62,077 bases of DNA from an uncultured Bacteroidaceae bacterium (GCA_964646955.1 CAZYFO010000001.1:6485-68561), one strand, 5' to 3'. Counted from the first letter of the stretch, positions 26,452 through 37,736 are shown. Numbers and translations are program-made. The notes: generated by a model not told the origin, from the sequence alone.

Positions 26452-27987
26452 TCAGGCATTCCAACGCTCTCTATCCAAACTCCTGTAGCTGATGGCTTCT
26501 GCAATATGATTGGATTGAATTGTTTCCGAGCTCTCAAGGTCTGCGATAGTTCTGGAAACTTTTAATATTCGGTCATATGCTCTTGCCGATAGGTTCAGTT
26601 TGTTCATTGCCATTTTGAGAAGATACAAACTGCTGTCGTTTATTTTCGCGTATTTTGCTAATAGCCCACTGTTCATCTGTGCATTACAGAATATTCCATG
26701 TTCATCTTTAAACCTTTGGCTTTGAATAGCCCTAGCATTAATTACTCTTTGTCTGATGGAAGCGCTTGATTCCTCATTTTCAACACAGGAAATCTTTTCA
26801 AACGGAACCGGAATAATCTCACATTGAATATCAATTCTATCAAGTAATGGACCGGATATTTTGCTTAAATATCTTTGAATTGCTCCGATATTACAAGTGC
26901 AAGCTTTTGTGGGATGGTTCAGATATCCGCATGGGCATGGATTCATGGACGCTATCAACATGAAAGAGGCAGGATATTCAACACTGTATTTTGCACGAGA
27001 AATCATAATCCTTCTATCTTCCAACGGTTGTCTCAAGACTTCCAATACGCTGTGAGAGAATTCTGGCATTTCATCGAGGAATAGTACTCCATTATGTGCA
27101 AGAGAGATTTCGCCGGGTTGTGCATTTGCTCCACCTCCGACCAGTGCTACGCTGGAGATCGTATGATGAGGATGCCTGAAAGGTCTTTCAGTAATAAGAC
27201 CGTTGCCGCTGACTGTGTATCCTGCGACAGAATGAATCTTTGTCGTTTCAAGGCTTTCCGATACGGTCAATATAGGAAGTATAGACGGTAGGCGCTGGGC
27301 CATCATTGACTTTCCACTACCGGGAGGTCCTATCATTATCAGATTATGTCCACCTGCCGCAGCAACCTCCAAAGCCCTTTTGACGGATTCCTGTCCTTTT
27401 ACGTCGGCAAAATCAAATTCGAATTTCTTTTCTCTTTTAAGATTTTCACCGAGTTTTCCAATGATAGGTTTTAGTGTGTTTATACCGTTGAGGAAGTCTA
27501 TTACTTCTTTGATATTGTGTGCCCCATATACGTTTATTCCTTCAACAACGGCTGCTTCCGAAGCGTTTTGGTATGGCAAGATTATTCCCTTGAAACCCTC
27601 TTCCATCGCTTTGATGGTTATAGGCAATGCTCCTTTAATGGGTACAAGGCCTCCGTCAAGGCTAAGTTCTCCCATAATTAGATACTCTTTCAAGAGGTTG
27701 TCGGATATTAATTCATTAGCCGCCATAATACCGATGGCTAGGGGCAAATCGTATGCAGAGCCCTCTTTTCGAATGCCTGCAGGTGCCATGTTGACAATAA
27801 TCTGGCAAGATGGGAATTTGTATCCGTTAATTGATAAAGCGGAGATTATCCGTTCGTGGCTCTCTTTAACTGCATTGTCCGGCAATCCGACAAGGAAAAA
27901 CTTAATTCCGCGAGAGGTGTTTACCTCTATGGTTACAATGTATGGGTCTATTCCTTGAACAGCCGCTCCGAAGATTTTTATTAGCAT
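26452..27987 (-). CDS. comM: YifB/ComM-family Mg-chelatase-like AAA+ ATPase
   Basis: 511 aa. N-terminal Lon-protease-like domain, Walker A GPPGSGKSM, and a C-terminal ChlI-like region. Confidence 0.9.
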   Translation of the reverse strand: MLIKIFGAAVQGIDPYIVTIEVNTSRGIKFFLVGLPDNAVKESHERIISALSINGYKFPSCQIIVNMAPAGIRKEGSAYDLPLAIGIMAANELISDNLLKEYLIMGELSLDGGLVPIKGALPITIKAMEEGFKGIILPYQNASEAAVVEGINVYGAHNIKEVIDFLNGINTLKPIIGKLGENLKREKKFEFDFADVKGQESVKRALEVAAAGGHNLIMIGPPGSGKSMMAQRLPSILPILTVSESLETTKIHSVAGYTVSGNGLITERPFRHPHHTISSVALVGGGANAQPGEISLAHNGVLFLDEMPEFSHSVLEVLRQPLEDRRIMISRAKYSVEYPASFMLIASMNPCPCGYLNHPTKACTCNIGAIQRYLSKISGPLLDRIDIQCEIIPVPFEKISCVENEESSASIRQRVINARAIQSQRFKDEHGIFCNAQMNSGLLAKYAKINDSSLYLLKMAMNKLNLSARAYDRILKVSRTIADLESSETIQSNHIAEAISYRSLDRERWNA

Positions 27988-28008
27988 GGTATGTAGAATT
28001 AATGTGTT

Positions 28009-29118
28009 TCATTTTCTGATTATTGGTTTGATGATTTCTGAACTGTTTTCTTTTTGCCCGATTTTAGGCTTGGATTTAATAATAGGACGTATGCTTTTTT
28101 TCGTAAGTGTGGTATCCAAATGTTCTGTTATTGGTTTAAGAGACTCTCCGAAAAGTAGAACTCTTTTTTCTCCGGATAATAATATATAGAAGGGTAGTTT
28201 CTCGATATTGAAATTGGTAACAAAAGAACTGTTCCAGCCATTTACATCAATAAACTGGGGCCAATCAAGACTATCTTCCTCCAAGGCCATTTCCCATCTT
28301 TTTGTGTTAGTATCAATGGAAACATCTGCGATTGTAAACTCTTTATTTCTGTATTTTTCTTCAACCATAGTCAACATCTTTCGGTCGTGTCGGCTTTTCT
28401 CGTCCCATGATGCCCAGATAATTACTAATATATTATCATCAGAGACAAGTTTATCAAAGGGTTGTCTTTTTGCACTTGAGTCTGCAACTATAATATTAGG
28501 CAAATACAATGGGATATTTTTTTCAGCTATTAATGTATTCTTAAGATCAGCGACAAAAGAATTATCCTGAACAGTTCCACTCATCTTTTTTAGTAAATTA
28601 GAGATTGATTCTCTGTCTGTCATATCATATCTGAGCAAATAATCATATATCAGATAAGGTGAGACTTGTGAGAATGGATCACTTGAAATAAAAGAATCAA
28701 TTCTGGCGATTGTCTGCTTTACGCATGTATCGTTCTTGGCCGCTATTCGAAATGCCGAAAGCTGATCATTAAGCGTGCTTCCGTAAACCAAGCAAATACT
28801 ATCGGGATGTGATTTTTGAAGATGGCATGAAACTCCCTTCTCTGCAAAGACCATCTCTTGGGAACCATCAGAAAAAGATAGTAACAGAGGCAGAATAGTA
28901 TCAGGAGTCAATGAGTAGGAAAAAGTACCGTTTTCGTATCTTATTGTGTCAGTCTTGTCGAATCTGGTATCAAATCCGGATACGATAATAGAATCTCTTC
29001 CTTCACCGTAAACCTCTCCACTTAAAACAAACAAATCCTTCTGTTTGTTGCACGAGAAGCACAACAGACAGAGGATTGTTATATTAAATGAAAAAATAAT
29101 ACGGCTTTTCATCGACAT
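28009..29118 (-). CDS. Lipoprotein with a TlpA/thioredoxin-like C-terminal fold that lacks the CxxC active site
   Basis: 369 aa with lipobox LLCFSC. The thioredoxin-fold signature reads VIIWASWDEKSR where the TlpA family has FWASWCGPCR. Confidence 0.65.
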   Translation of the reverse strand: MSMKSRIIFSFNITILCLLCFSCNKQKDLFVLSGEVYGEGRDSIIVSGFDTRFDKTDTIRYENGTFSYSLTPDTILPLLLSFSDGSQEMVFAEKGVSCHLQKSHPDSICLVYGSTLNDQLSAFRIAAKNDTCVKQTIARIDSFISSDPFSQVSPYLIYDYLLRYDMTDRESISNLLKKMSGTVQDNSFVADLKNTLIAEKNIPLYLPNIIVADSSAKRQPFDKLVSDDNILVIIWASWDEKSRHDRKMLTMVEEKYRNKEFTIADVSIDTNTKRWEMALEEDSLDWPQFIDVNGWNSSFVTNFNIEKLPFYILLSGEKRVLLFGESLKPITEHLDTTLTKKSIRPIIKSKPKIGQKENSSEIIKPIIRK

Positions 29119-29135
29119 TTTATGTGTAAGAAAAC

Positions 29136-30929
29136 TTATTTAGTAGCTCTCTTTCTTTCAATTTCGCTAAGGATTATCTTACGCATACGCATACTCTTTG
29201 GAGTTACTTCTACGTATTCATCGCTCTTTATATACTCTAGAGCTTCCTCAAGAGAGAATATAATAGGAGGAGCGATATGCGCTTTATCATCAGATCCGCT
29301 GGCGCGCATATTTGTAAGCTGTTTGGCTTTGGTTACATTGATAACCAAATCCTTCTCGTGAACATGCTCGCCTACAATCTGACCAGCATAAACCATATCC
29401 TGAGAATTTACGAAAAATTTTCCTCTATCCTGCAACTTGTCTAAAGCATATGCGAATACGGTACCTGTCTCCATGGCAACCATTGAACCATTATTCCTGC
29501 GTTCGATATCACCTTCGTAAGGCTGATACTCTTTGAAACGGTGTGCCATGATTGCCTCTCCTTGTGATGCTGTAAGGATATTTGTACGAAGGCCAATGAT
29601 TCCTCTTGAAGGAATGTCGAACGTTATAATGACTCTGTCACCTTGAGTCTCCATAGAAGTCATTTCACCCTTGCGCTTAGTGACAAGATCAATCATTTTA
29701 CTGCTGAACTCATCGGGAACGCTGATGGTAAGTTCTTCAATAGGTTCGTTTTTCTTTCCATCAATCTCTTTCATGATTACCTGAGGCTGACCTACCTGAA
29801 GTTCATAGCCTTCGCGACGCATAGTCTCAATCAATATGGAAAGATGCAACACTCCACGACCGGATACAACCCATTTGCCATCTTCTTCGCCGCGTCTTAT
29901 TCTTAGTGCCAGATTTTTATCGAGTTCCAGCATCAGTCTGTCGTGTATGTGTCTGGAAGTAACATATTTACCTTCTTTCCCGAAGAACGGAGAGTCGTTA
30001 ATGGCAAATAACATACTCATAGTAGGCTCGTCAATGGCAATTGGTGGCAGTGGTTCGGGATTCTCTAAATCGCAAACAGTATCACCGATTTCAAATTTTT
30101 CAAGACCTATTAAAGCACAAATATCGCCTGCATCAACTCTATCCGTACGTTTGCGTCCCATTCCTTCGAATGTATGCAACTCTTTAATTTTTACTTTTTC
30201 CTTACTACCGTCACGATGGGATAAGGAATATGTCATACCTTCGGCTATTGTTCCGCGGTGAACGCGACCTACCGCAATTCGGCCGGTATACGACGAATAG
30301 TCTAAAGAAGTAATTAGCATCTGAAGATTCCCGTCTTCCGACTTAGGCTCCGGGATGTATTTAACGATGGCATCTAACAATGCAGTGATATCAGTAGTCG
30401 GATTCTTGTAATCAGTACTCATCCAGCTCTGTTTTGCAGAACCGTATAGAACCGGGAAATCCAATTGATCTTCAGTAGCATTTAGGGCAAACATCAAATC
30501 AAAGACCATCTCATATACCTCTTCAGGGCGGCAGTTAGGTTTGTCAACCTTGTTTACTACAACAATCGGTTTTAATCCGATTTCCAGAGCCTTTTGCAGA
30601 ACGAAGCGTGTCTGAGGCATAGGGCCTTCAAAAGCGTCAACCAACAGAATGCATCCGTCTGCCATATTTAGTACTCGTTCTACTTCTCCTCCGAAATCCG
30701 AGTGGCCCGGAGTATCTATGATGTTTATTTTTGTACCTTTGTAATTGATAGATACGTTCTTGGAAAGAATTGTTATTCCTCGTTCTCGTTCCAGGTCGTT
30801 GTTATCAAGCATTAGTTCACCCTTGGCCTGGTTATCCCTAAAAAGGTTTCCTGCCAGCATCATTTTGTCAACCAAGGTCGTTTTGCCGTGGTCGACGTGC
30901 GCAATAATTGCAATGTTTCTGATGTTCAT
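29136..30929 (-). CDS. typA: Translational GTPase TypA/BipA
   Basis: 597 aa with [27 protein letters not shown] and NKVD. Confidence 0.95.
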   Translation of the reverse strand: MNIRNIAIIAHVDHGKTTLVDKMMLAGNLFRDNQAKGELMLDNNDLERERGITILSKNVSINYKGTKINIIDTPGHSDFGGEVERVLNMADGCILLVDAFEGPMPQTRFVLQKALEIGLKPIVVVNKVDKPNCRPEEVYEMVFDLMFALNATEDQLDFPVLYGSAKQSWMSTDYKNPTTDITALLDAIVKYIPEPKSEDGNLQMLITSLDYSSYTGRIAVGRVHRGTIAEGMTYSLSHRDGSKEKVKIKELHTFEGMGRKRTDRVDAGDICALIGLEKFEIGDTVCDLENPEPLPPIAIDEPTMSMLFAINDSPFFGKEGKYVTSRHIHDRLMLELDKNLALRIRRGEEDGKWVVSGRGVLHLSILIETMRREGYELQVGQPQVIMKEIDGKKNEPIEELTISVPDEFSSKMIDLVTKRKGEMTSMETQGDRVIITFDIPSRGIIGLRTNILTASQGEAIMAHRFKEYQPYEGDIERRNNGSMVAMETGTVFAYALDKLQDRGKFFVNSQDMVYAGQIVGEHVHEKDLVINVTKAKQLTNMRASGSDDKAHIAPPIIFSLEEALEYIKSDEYVEVTPKSMRMRKIILSEIERKRATK

Positions 30930-30948
30930 CTTTCCTATAAAATCGCTG

Positions 30949-30956
30949 CAAAGTTA
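30949..30956 (-). promoter_or_regulatory. Candidate -7 box (TAACTTTG, minus strand) for typA
   Basis: Plus-strand caaagtta, 20 nt upstream of the typA start. It is part of a 13-bp inverted repeat with the rpsO box. Confidence 0.45.
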
Positions 30957-31000
30957 CACGAAAAATCTCAAAAATCTATTGTGTATTAGAAAATATGAAG

Positions 31001-31008
31001 TAACTTTG
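31001..31008 (+). promoter_or_regulatory. Candidate -7 box TAACTTTG for rpsO
   Basis: Matches TAnnTTTG 52 nt upstream of the rpsO ATG. Confidence 0.45.
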
Positions 31009-31059
31009 CAGCCGCTAAAGTGATTTAGTACAGATAGTTTTCACAATAATTACAGAAAA

Positions 31060-31329
31060 ATGTATTTAGACAAAGAAAAGAAACAAGAAATCTTTGGACA
31101 ATACGGAAAGTCCAACACGGATACCGGCTCCCCCGAGTCTCAGGTAGCTCTGTTTTCATACCGTATCTCCCATTTGACGGAACATCTTAAAGAGAACCGT
31201 AAGGATTATAGCACAGAAAGAGCCTTGACTCAATTAGTTGGTAAGCGTCGTAATCTGCTTAATTATCTAAAACAGCAGGATATTGAGCGCTATCGTGCAA
31301 TTATTAAGGCATTAGGTCTTCGTAGGTAA
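31060..31329 (+). CDS. rpsO: 30S ribosomal protein S15
   Basis: 89 aa with GSPESQVALFSYRISHLTEHLKENRKDYSTERAL. Confidence 0.97.
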   Translation: MYLDKEKKQEIFGQYGKSNTDTGSPESQVALFSYRISHLTEHLKENRKDYSTERALTQLVGKRRNLLNYLKQQDIERYRAIIKALGLRR

Positions 31330-31350
31330 GATCTTTGTGTTGAAAGAATG

Positions 31351-31387
31351 ATGCCGCTCTTCCTTTTTGGATAGCGGCATTTTTTTT
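31351..31387 (+). terminator. Intrinsic terminator after rpsO
   Basis: An 8-bp GC-rich stem atgccgct/agcggcat followed directly by a T8 run. Confidence 0.8.
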
Positions 31388-31414
31388 ATAACTTCGCAAA
31401 ACAATATAATAAAT

Positions 31415-32845
31415 ATGGAAAAACCTTCTTTGCCAATATTTTCATCGTTACCCTATAAAGTAGCAGATATATCATTGGCTGATTTCGGTCGTAAAGAGAT
31501 AGAAATGGCTGAAAAAGAGATGCCGGGACTGATGGCCTTGAGAGAGAAATATGGTGATATCAAACCTTTGAAAGGTGCTCGAATAACCGGTTCACTTCAC
31601 ATGACTATTCAGACCGCAGTTCTCATTGAGACTCTTTCTGTATTGGGAGCTGAAGTTCGTTGGTGTTCATGCAATATCTATTCAACTCAAGATCATGCAG
31701 CTGCTGCGATAGCCGAATCCGGAAGCGCCGCTGTTTTTGCTTGGAAAGGCGAGTCTTTGGCGGACTATTGGTGGTGTACAATCCAGGCTTTGAACTTTCC
31801 CGAAGGAGGACCAAATCTAATTGTCGATGATGGCGGCGATGCTACTCTGATGATTCATCTGGGAGTTAAGGGTGAAAACAATCCGAAAGCTTTGGATTAT
31901 AAGACACAGTCGTCTGATGAGAGAGAACTATTGAAGATATTAAAATCTGTCTTGTTGGAAAAAGGCAATTCATATTGGACTTCGATTGCAAAAAAGATAA
32001 AAGGAGTTAGTGAAGAGACTACGACAGGAGTACATAGACTATATCAGATGGAACAGCGTAATGAGCTTCTGTTTCCTGCATTTAATGTCAATGATTCTGT
32101 GACAAAAAGTAAATTCGATAATCTTTACGGATGTCGTGAGTCTTTAGCTGATGGAATCAAACGTGCTACAGACGTGATGATTGCCGGGAAGGTCTGTGTA
32201 GTATGTGGATATGGAGAAGTTGGTAAGGGATGTGCCCAAAGCATGCGTTCTTACGGAGCCCGTGTGCTGGTCACAGAAATTGACCCGATTTGTGCGCTTC
32301 AAGCCGCAATGGAGGGCTTTGAGGTAGTAACTATGGAAGAGGCTGCACCTCAGGGCAATATATTCGTTACGACAACCGGCAATATTGATGTCATTACCAT
32401 TGAACATCTTAGAGAAATGCCTGATCAGGCTATTGTCTGCAATATTGGGCACTTTGACAGTGAGATTCAGGTAGATGCGCTGAAAAGAGAACAGGGAATA
32501 AGATGTTTGAATATCAAACCTCAGGTAGACAGGTATTATTTTGAAGACGGTCATAGCATAATTCTTCTGGCAGACGGAAGGTTAGTTAATCTAGGCTGTG
32601 CCACAGGACATCCGAGTTTTGTCATGAGTAATAGTTTTACTAATCAGACTTTGGCTCAGATTGAGCTTTTTAAAAACAATCTTGAGATAGGTGTTTTCAG
32701 ATTGCCGAAACGCTTAGATGAGGAAGTGGCTAGATTACACCTTGAAAAAATTGGAGTACATCTTTCTAAGTTGTCTCAAGCCCAGGCTGCTTATATAGGT
32801 GTTCCTATGGAGGGTCCATATAAAGCTGAACATTATAAATATTGA
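31415..32845 (+). CDS. ahcY: Adenosylhomocysteinase
   Basis: [29 protein letters not shown] and the NAD site [11 protein letters not shown]. The start is set at the ATG at 31415, because the tracked ORF start at 31367 lies inside the rpsO terminator. Confidence 0.93.
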   Translation: MEKPSLPIFSSLPYKVADISLADFGRKEIEMAEKEMPGLMALREKYGDIKPLKGARITGSLHMTIQTAVLIETLSVLGAEVRWCSCNIYSTQDHAAAAIAESGSAAVFAWKGESLADYWWCTIQALNFPEGGPNLIVDDGGDATLMIHLGVKGENNPKALDYKTQSSDERELLKILKSVLLEKGNSYWTSIAKKIKGVSEETTTGVHRLYQMEQRNELLFPAFNVNDSVTKSKFDNLYGCRESLADGIKRATDVMIAGKVCVVCGYGEVGKGCAQSMRSYGARVLVTEIDPICALQAAMEGFEVVTMEEAAPQGNIFVTTTGNIDVITIEHLREMPDQAIVCNIGHFDSEIQVDALKREQGIRCLNIKPQVDRYYFEDGHSIILLADGRLVNLGCATGHPSFVMSNSFTNQTLAQIELFKNNLEIGVFRLPKRLDEEVARLHLEKIGVHLSKLSQAQAAYIGVPMEGPYKAEHYKY

Positions 32846-32851
32846 TGATTT

Positions 32852-33436
32852 ATGTCTAGAGTTATTAATTCTATTTGCGTTTATGGAGCCTCCAGCCCGA
32901 GGTTAAATCAGTCATATATTGAAGATGCTTCGCTTTTGGGAAAAATGATTGCCCAGCAAGATATCTCTTTGATTACAGGAGGCGGGGTTATGGGACTTAT
33001 GGCTGCTGTACAAGAGGCCGTACTCTCTTCTGGCGGAAAAGCCATTGGAATAATACCTAGATTTATGGTAGATGCCGGTTGGATGCATAAAGGATTGACA
33101 AATACAATTGTTACTAAAGATATGCATGAGCGTAAAGAGCTCATGGCAAAAATGGCAGATGCCTTTATTGCGCTTCCCGGTGGTACAGGCACTTTTGAGG
33201 AGTTGCTTGAAATAATTACATGGAAACAGTTGGGGATTTGTTTGAAGCCAATAATTATACTTAATACGAACAACTATTACGATTCATTGCTTAAACAATT
33301 ACAGGAGTCAGTAGAAGAGGATTTTTTAGATCGTCGGTATTTGAAACTCTGGCAAGTGGCCAAGACCCCTGCAGAAGCTTTAAACTTGGCTTATTCAATA
33401 CCTGAATGGGATAGTAATTTTAAAAAACTGCCTTGA
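32852..33436 (+). CDS. LOG-family (TIGR00730) nucleotide phosphoribohydrolase
   Basis: 194 aa with the motif ALPGGTGTFEEL. Confidence 0.85.
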   Translation: MSRVINSICVYGASSPRLNQSYIEDASLLGKMIAQQDISLITGGGVMGLMAAVQEAVLSSGGKAIGIIPRFMVDAGWMHKGLTNTIVTKDMHERKELMAKMADAFIALPGGTGTFEELLEIITWKQLGICLKPIIILNTNNYYDSLLKQLQESVEEDFLDRRYLKLWQVAKTPAEALNLAYSIPEWDSNFKKLP

Positions 33437-34113
33437 TGAACTCTTTGAATGACATAACGAGTATACCAGCCGATTTCAATTATGATGATTGGATGCTATC
33501 GGCTCTGCTTGTGTCATTCATATTGATGTGTTTAGTGATAGGTCTTAACAGGTCGGAATTTAAGAAAAGTATAAAATCACAGTTGAAGTTCAATGGTAAG
33601 GATGACAATCTTATCTATTCCTCTTTGGGCACAACCGACTCTTTTTTGATGATGTTACAGGTGAGCTTTGCTGTAGGTTCGTCTCAATATGTCCTTTTAA
33701 GAAAGACAATTGAAGATAATCCCGATACTTTAAAGGTGGTAATGGCTTCTTCTCTTATTGTATTTTTAATAATCTTCTTCAAAGTGAATTTATGCAATTT
33801 TGTAAATCATTTTTTATATAATAGAAGATTGATGCCAACTCCGCCTTCTCTTTGGACAGGTTTTTATATTCTATCTATTTTTACTTTTGGCTCCTTTCTT
33901 TCATTAATTTCAATTTTATTTTTTTTATTTGATTTGCCTATTGGCATTGGTAGAGTTCTACTTATAACATGTGCTATTATTGTTGAGATATCCATAATAA
34001 TAAAAACATACAGAGTCTTCTTTAGAAAAAAAATTGGTCTTCTGATATTTTTTATCTACCTTTGTGCACTCGAATTTGCGCCGACCTTTTTGGCTTGGTT
34101 GCTTATTGGGTAG
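33433..34113 (+). CDS. DUF4271-like multi-pass membrane protein
   Basis: 226 aa with about 6 hydrophobic segments. Its position directly upstream of hemD is the usual Bacteroidetes arrangement, from memory. Confidence 0.55.
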   Translation: MMNSLNDITSIPADFNYDDWMLSALLVSFILMCLVIGLNRSEFKKSIKSQLKFNGKDDNLIYSSLGTTDSFLMMLQVSFAVGSSQYVLLRKTIEDNPDTLKVVMASSLIVFLIIFFKVNLCNFVNHFLYNRRLMPTPPSLWTGFYILSIFTFGSFLSLISILFFLFDLPIGIGRVLLITCAIIVEISIIIKTYRVFFRKKIGLLIFFIYLCALEFAPTFLAWLLIG

Positions 34114-34143
34114 GTAAAGAAGTTCAATTTAAATTTTCATACT

Positions 34144-34887
34144 TTGAAAGTAAAGAAAATTCTAATATCGCAGCCGCAGCCGGCTACGAATAAATCTCCT
34201 TATTTTGATATAAGTGGAAAATATGGAGTGGAGGTTGTTTTTAAACCTTTCATCAGAGTGGACAGTCTTCCTGTTAAAGAGTTCAGACAACAAAAGGTGT
34301 CAATATTGGACCACTCTGCTGTTGTTTTTACTTCCCGTCATGCAGTAGATCACTTTTTTCAGCTCTGTACTGAACTTAGAGTAAATGTTCCGGACGATAT
34401 GAAGTATTTTTGTATTACCGAGACTGTATCTCTGTATATACAAAAATATGTTCAATACAGAAAACGTAAAGTCTTTTTCGGTACTACCGGTACTGTTGAT
34501 AGCCTGATGGTTCCTATATTGAAGCATAAAACGGAGAACTATCTTCTTCCTGTTTCAAATGTTCATACCGGGGAACTGAAGGCTCTTCTTGATTCAAATG
34601 GTATTAAACATTCAGAAGCAGTTATGTATAGAACTGTCAGTAACGAATTCGATCCTGAGGAATTGAAGGGTTACGACATGATTGTTTTTTTCAGTCCTGC
34701 AGGAATCGAATCATTGAAAGAGAGTGCTCCAAACTTTATTCAAGGAGATACAATAATTGGATGTTTTGGAGCCACTACTGCAAAAGCAATAAAAGATGCC
34801 GGTTTTAGACTAGATGTTGAGGCTCCAGTTGAAGGTGTTTCTTCCATGTCTGCTGCCATAGATCTTTTCTTGTCAAAGAATAAGTAA
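34144..34887 (+). CDS. hemD: Uroporphyrinogen-III synthase
   Basis: 247 aa with the HEM4-like pattern KKILISQPQP....FTSRHAV. It apparently uses a TTG start, as there is no in-frame ATG nearby. Confidence 0.75.
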   Translation: MKVKKILISQPQPATNKSPYFDISGKYGVEVVFKPFIRVDSLPVKEFRQQKVSILDHSAVVFTSRHAVDHFFQLCTELRVNVPDDMKYFCITETVSLYIQKYVQYRKRKVFFGTTGTVDSLMVPILKHKTENYLLPVSNVHTGELKALLDSNGIKHSEAVMYRTVSNEFDPEELKGYDMIVFFSPAGIESLKESAPNFIQGDTIIGCFGATTAKAIKDAGFRLDVEAPVEGVSSMSAAIDLFLSKNK

Positions 34888-34948
34888 TAAGGACTAATTT
34901 GGGCTTGTGTATATTGGCTTCCCAATGTGCAGCAAGCCCTCTTTGTCA

Positions 34949-35353
34949 ATGTTGAGGAAGTATACTTTTAAGAAGGAAGAGAGATTGTGCAGTAATTCGA
35001 TTATTACTAAACTTTTTTCTGAGGGGAACAGATCGATTGGTTGTTTCCCGATAAGATTGGTGTTCCTAATTCTACCTTCCGAAAAATCAAAATTGCCTTC
35101 ATTACTTATCAGTGCGCCAAAGAGAAATTTTAAGCTTGCAGTTGACAGAAACCGAATAAAGCGTCAAATTCGTGAGATATATAGAGTATCAAATGGACCT
35201 TTGACCGATGTTCTTGAAAAGAATAATCACGGACTTGCAATAGCTTTATTGTTTACTGATAAAAAGATTTGGGATTCAAAAGATTTGAAACCTAGGCTCC
35301 AATCCGTATTGGATAACCTGGTCAAGTCATTGGATTCGGATCAGGTAAAATAA
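34949..35353 (+). CDS. rnpA: Ribonuclease P protein component
   Basis: [12 protein letters not shown]... and the basic RNR motif ([13 protein letters not shown]). The start is set at the third in-frame ATG. yidD follows. Confidence 0.85.
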   Translation: MLRKYTFKKEERLCSNSIITKLFSEGNRSIGCFPIRLVFLILPSEKSKLPSLLISAPKRNFKLAVDRNRIKRQIREIYRVSNGPLTDVLEKNNHGLAIALLFTDKKIWDSKDLKPRLQSVLDNLVKSLDSDQVK

Positions 35354-35366
35354 TTGTCAGTCAGAT

Positions 35367-35636
35367 ATGCCAGCTAGATTTGCAATGCAAACAATTATAT
35401 ATATATATCAATTGGTTTCAAAATTGTTATCTTGGATCTTATTGGTTCCAATATATATTTATCGATACTGTATCTCTCCTTTGACCCCGTCTTCTTGCAG
35501 ATTCACTCCAACATGCTCTCAATATGCCGTTGAAGCGATAAAAAAGCATGGACCATTTTATGGGCTTTTTCTGTCAATAAAGAGAATACTTAGATGTCGT
35601 CCGGGTGGAGGTAGCGGATATGATCCTGTACCGTAA
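35367..35636 (+). CDS. yidD: Membrane protein insertion efficiency factor YidD
   Basis: [31 protein letters not shown] is the YidD signature. The true start may be the ATG at 35385. Confidence 0.9.
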   Translation: MPARFAMQTIIYIYQLVSKLLSWILLVPIYIYRYCISPLTPSSCRFTPTCSQYAVEAIKKHGPFYGLFLSIKRILRCRPGGGSGYDPVP

Positions 35637-35647
35637 AAATTAAAACG

Positions 35648-36292
35648 ATGAAAGGAATAATCGACATTCATACTCACGCTTTGAATTCAAAGGAAGGAAC
35701 AGCATTAATCTCAATCGGGATTGAATCCGATTTGATAGAGAATTTCAAGTTTTATTCTGTCGGATTACACCCTTGGGAAATTTCTAAGATTGATAATGAG
35801 AGTATTAATAAACTTTCGGAGCTACTTTCCGATAGTAGAGTACTTGCGGTTGGGGAGTGCGGATTGGATTCATTAAGAGGCCCATCAATGGATATTCAAG
35901 AGCCTATTTTTATTGAACAAGTGAATTTGAGCGAGTCTTTTGAAAAACCATTGATTATTCATCAAGTAAAAGCTATTGATAGGATAATATTCTTTAAGAA
36001 AGAATTGAAGCCGAAACAACGTTGGCTGATACATGGATTCAGAGGTGGCCCTATCCAGGCTTCTCAGCTTTTGGAGTTAAATATTGATATATCTTTCGGT
36101 AAAAAATATAATATTGAAACTCTAAAACAGATTCCGCTAAATAGATTATTTGTAGAGTCTGACGATTATTCCGATGTTTCTGATATATATGAAAGCATAT
36201 CTACAGCAAAATCTATAAAAATGGAAGATTTGTATAAAATAGTAGCTTTTAACTCAGATGGGTTTTTGAAAAAATCTTTATTTGCACTATAA
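35648..36292 (+). CDS. TatD-family metal-dependent hydrolase
   Basis: 214 aa with IDIHTHA, VGECGLD, IHGFRG and ESD motifs. Confidence 0.8.
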   Translation: MKGIIDIHTHALNSKEGTALISIGIESDLIENFKFYSVGLHPWEISKIDNESINKLSELLSDSRVLAVGECGLDSLRGPSMDIQEPIFIEQVNLSESFEKPLIIHQVKAIDRIIFFKKELKPKQRWLIHGFRGGPIQASQLLELNIDISFGKKYNIETLKQIPLNRLFVESDDYSDVSDIYESISTAKSIKMEDLYKIVAFNSDGFLKKSLFAL

Positions 36293-36304
36293 ATTAAAGA
36301 GTTG

Positions 36305-36312
36305 TAATTTTG
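36305..36312 (+). promoter_or_regulatory. Candidate -7 box TAATTTTG for tyrS
   Basis: Matches TAnnTTTG 34 nt upstream of the ATG at 36346. Confidence 0.4.
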
Positions 36313-36345
36313 CGGTCGAAAATAGATTCAATAAATAAAAAAAAT

Positions 36346-37641
36346 ATGATGAACTTTGTAGAAGAACTGACCTGGAGAGGTATGATTCACCAGATGATGC
36401 CAGGGACAGATGAACTTCTTTCCAAGGAGCAGGTTACTGCATATGTAGGTTTTGACCCGACAGCAGATTCTCTGCACATTGGTCACTTGTGTAGTATAAT
36501 GATACTTAGGCATTTTCAAAAGTGCGGCCACAAACCATTGGCGCTCATTGGAGGTGCAACAGGAATGATAGGTGATCCCAGCGGTAAATCTCAAGAACGT
36601 AATCTTCTCAATGAGGAGACTTTGCGCCACAATGTTGAGAGTATTCGTAATCAACTTTCCAAGTATCTGGATTTTGAAAGCAACTCCAGCAATAAGGCTG
36701 AACTTGTAAATAATTATGACTGGTTAAAGGATATGACTTTTCTTGATTTCTCACGTGAAATAGGGAAACATATTACTGTAAACTACATGATGGCAAAAGA
36801 TTCTGTTAGGAAACGTCTCAATGGAGAGGCTAGAGACGGATTGTCCTTTACTGAATTTACATATCAACTTCTTCAGGGTTATGATTTTCTGTATCTTAAC
36901 GAGCATAAAAATTGCAAGTTGCAGATGGGAGGTGCTGACCAATGGGGAAACATTACCACCGGATCCGAGTTGATTCGCAGGGTTAACGGCACCGAATGTT
37001 ATGCTCTTACTTGTCCTTTAATAACAAAGGCCGATGGTACCAAGTTTGGAAAGACAGAGGGAGGAAACGTATGGCTGAATCCTGATTATACCTCTCCTTA
37101 CAAGTTTTATCAGTTCTGGCTTAATGTCAGTGATGAAGATGCAAAGCGTTACATTAAGATATTTACTGACATTGAAAAAGATGAGTGTGAGTCTCTTATT
37201 GCAGAACACGAAGCTGCTCCTCATTTGCGCCTGTTGCAGAAACGCCTAGCAAAAGATGTCACATGTATGGTGCATAGTGAGGCTGATTATCGTTCAGCTG
37301 AAGAGGCATCAAATCTGCTGTTTAGCTCTTCCGAGTCTCAGGATATCAAAACTGTAAATTCTTCAACTCTTCTTGCTGCTTTCGAAGGAGTGCCCCAGTT
37401 TAAATTTTCTAAATCGGTCCTTTCAGAGAATGTTAAGGCCTCGGATTTTTTGACAGATGTTTGTCCGGTATTTTTCTCAAAGAGTGAAGCTAGAAAGATG
37501 ATGACTGGTGGTGGTGTTCTAGTGAATAAAGAAAAAATGTACGATCATTCAAAGCCTTTTACCGAGTCTGACTTAATTGATGGGATGTATATTATTCTTC
37601 AAAGAGGAAAGAAGAATTATTACTTGCTAATTGCAGAATAA
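36346..37641 (+). CDS. tyrS: Tyrosine--tRNA ligase
   Basis: SLHIGHL (HIGH), KFGKT (KMSKS) and a C-terminal S4-like domain. The start is set at the ATG at 36346 (the tracked ORF begins at 36310). Confidence 0.95.
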   Translation: MMNFVEELTWRGMIHQMMPGTDELLSKEQVTAYVGFDPTADSLHIGHLCSIMILRHFQKCGHKPLALIGGATGMIGDPSGKSQERNLLNEETLRHNVESIRNQLSKYLDFESNSSNKAELVNNYDWLKDMTFLDFSREIGKHITVNYMMAKDSVRKRLNGEARDGLSFTEFTYQLLQGYDFLYLNEHKNCKLQMGGADQWGNITTGSELIRRVNGTECYALTCPLITKADGTKFGKTEGGNVWLNPDYTSPYKFYQFWLNVSDEDAKRYIKIFTDIEKDECESLIAEHEAAPHLRLLQKRLAKDVTCMVHSEADYRSAEEASNLLFSSSESQDIKTVNSSTLLAAFEGVPQFKFSKSVLSENVKASDFLTDVCPVFFSKSEARKMMTGGGVLVNKEKMYDHSKPFTESDLIDGMYIILQRGKKNYYLLIAE

Positions 37642-37646
37642 ACTAA

Positions 37647-37683
37647 CTGTTTCCAAATATTTCTGTGAGATATTTGGAAACAG
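37647..37683 (+). terminator. Hairpin terminator after tyrS
   Basis: A 14-bp perfect stem ctgtttccaaatat/atatttggaaacag with a 9-nt loop. The downstream sequence is only moderately T-rich. Confidence 0.6.
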
Positions 37684-37698
37684 AGTCCAATATTTTTA

Positions 37699-37706
37699 TA
37701 TCTTTG
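37699..37706 (+). promoter_or_regulatory. Candidate -7 box TATCTTTG for tRNA-Gln
   Basis: Matches TAnnTTTG 31 nt upstream of the tRNA 5' end. Confidence 0.45.
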
Positions 37707-37736
37707 CATCGCTTTTCCCGAGAGGGAATATTTGAT

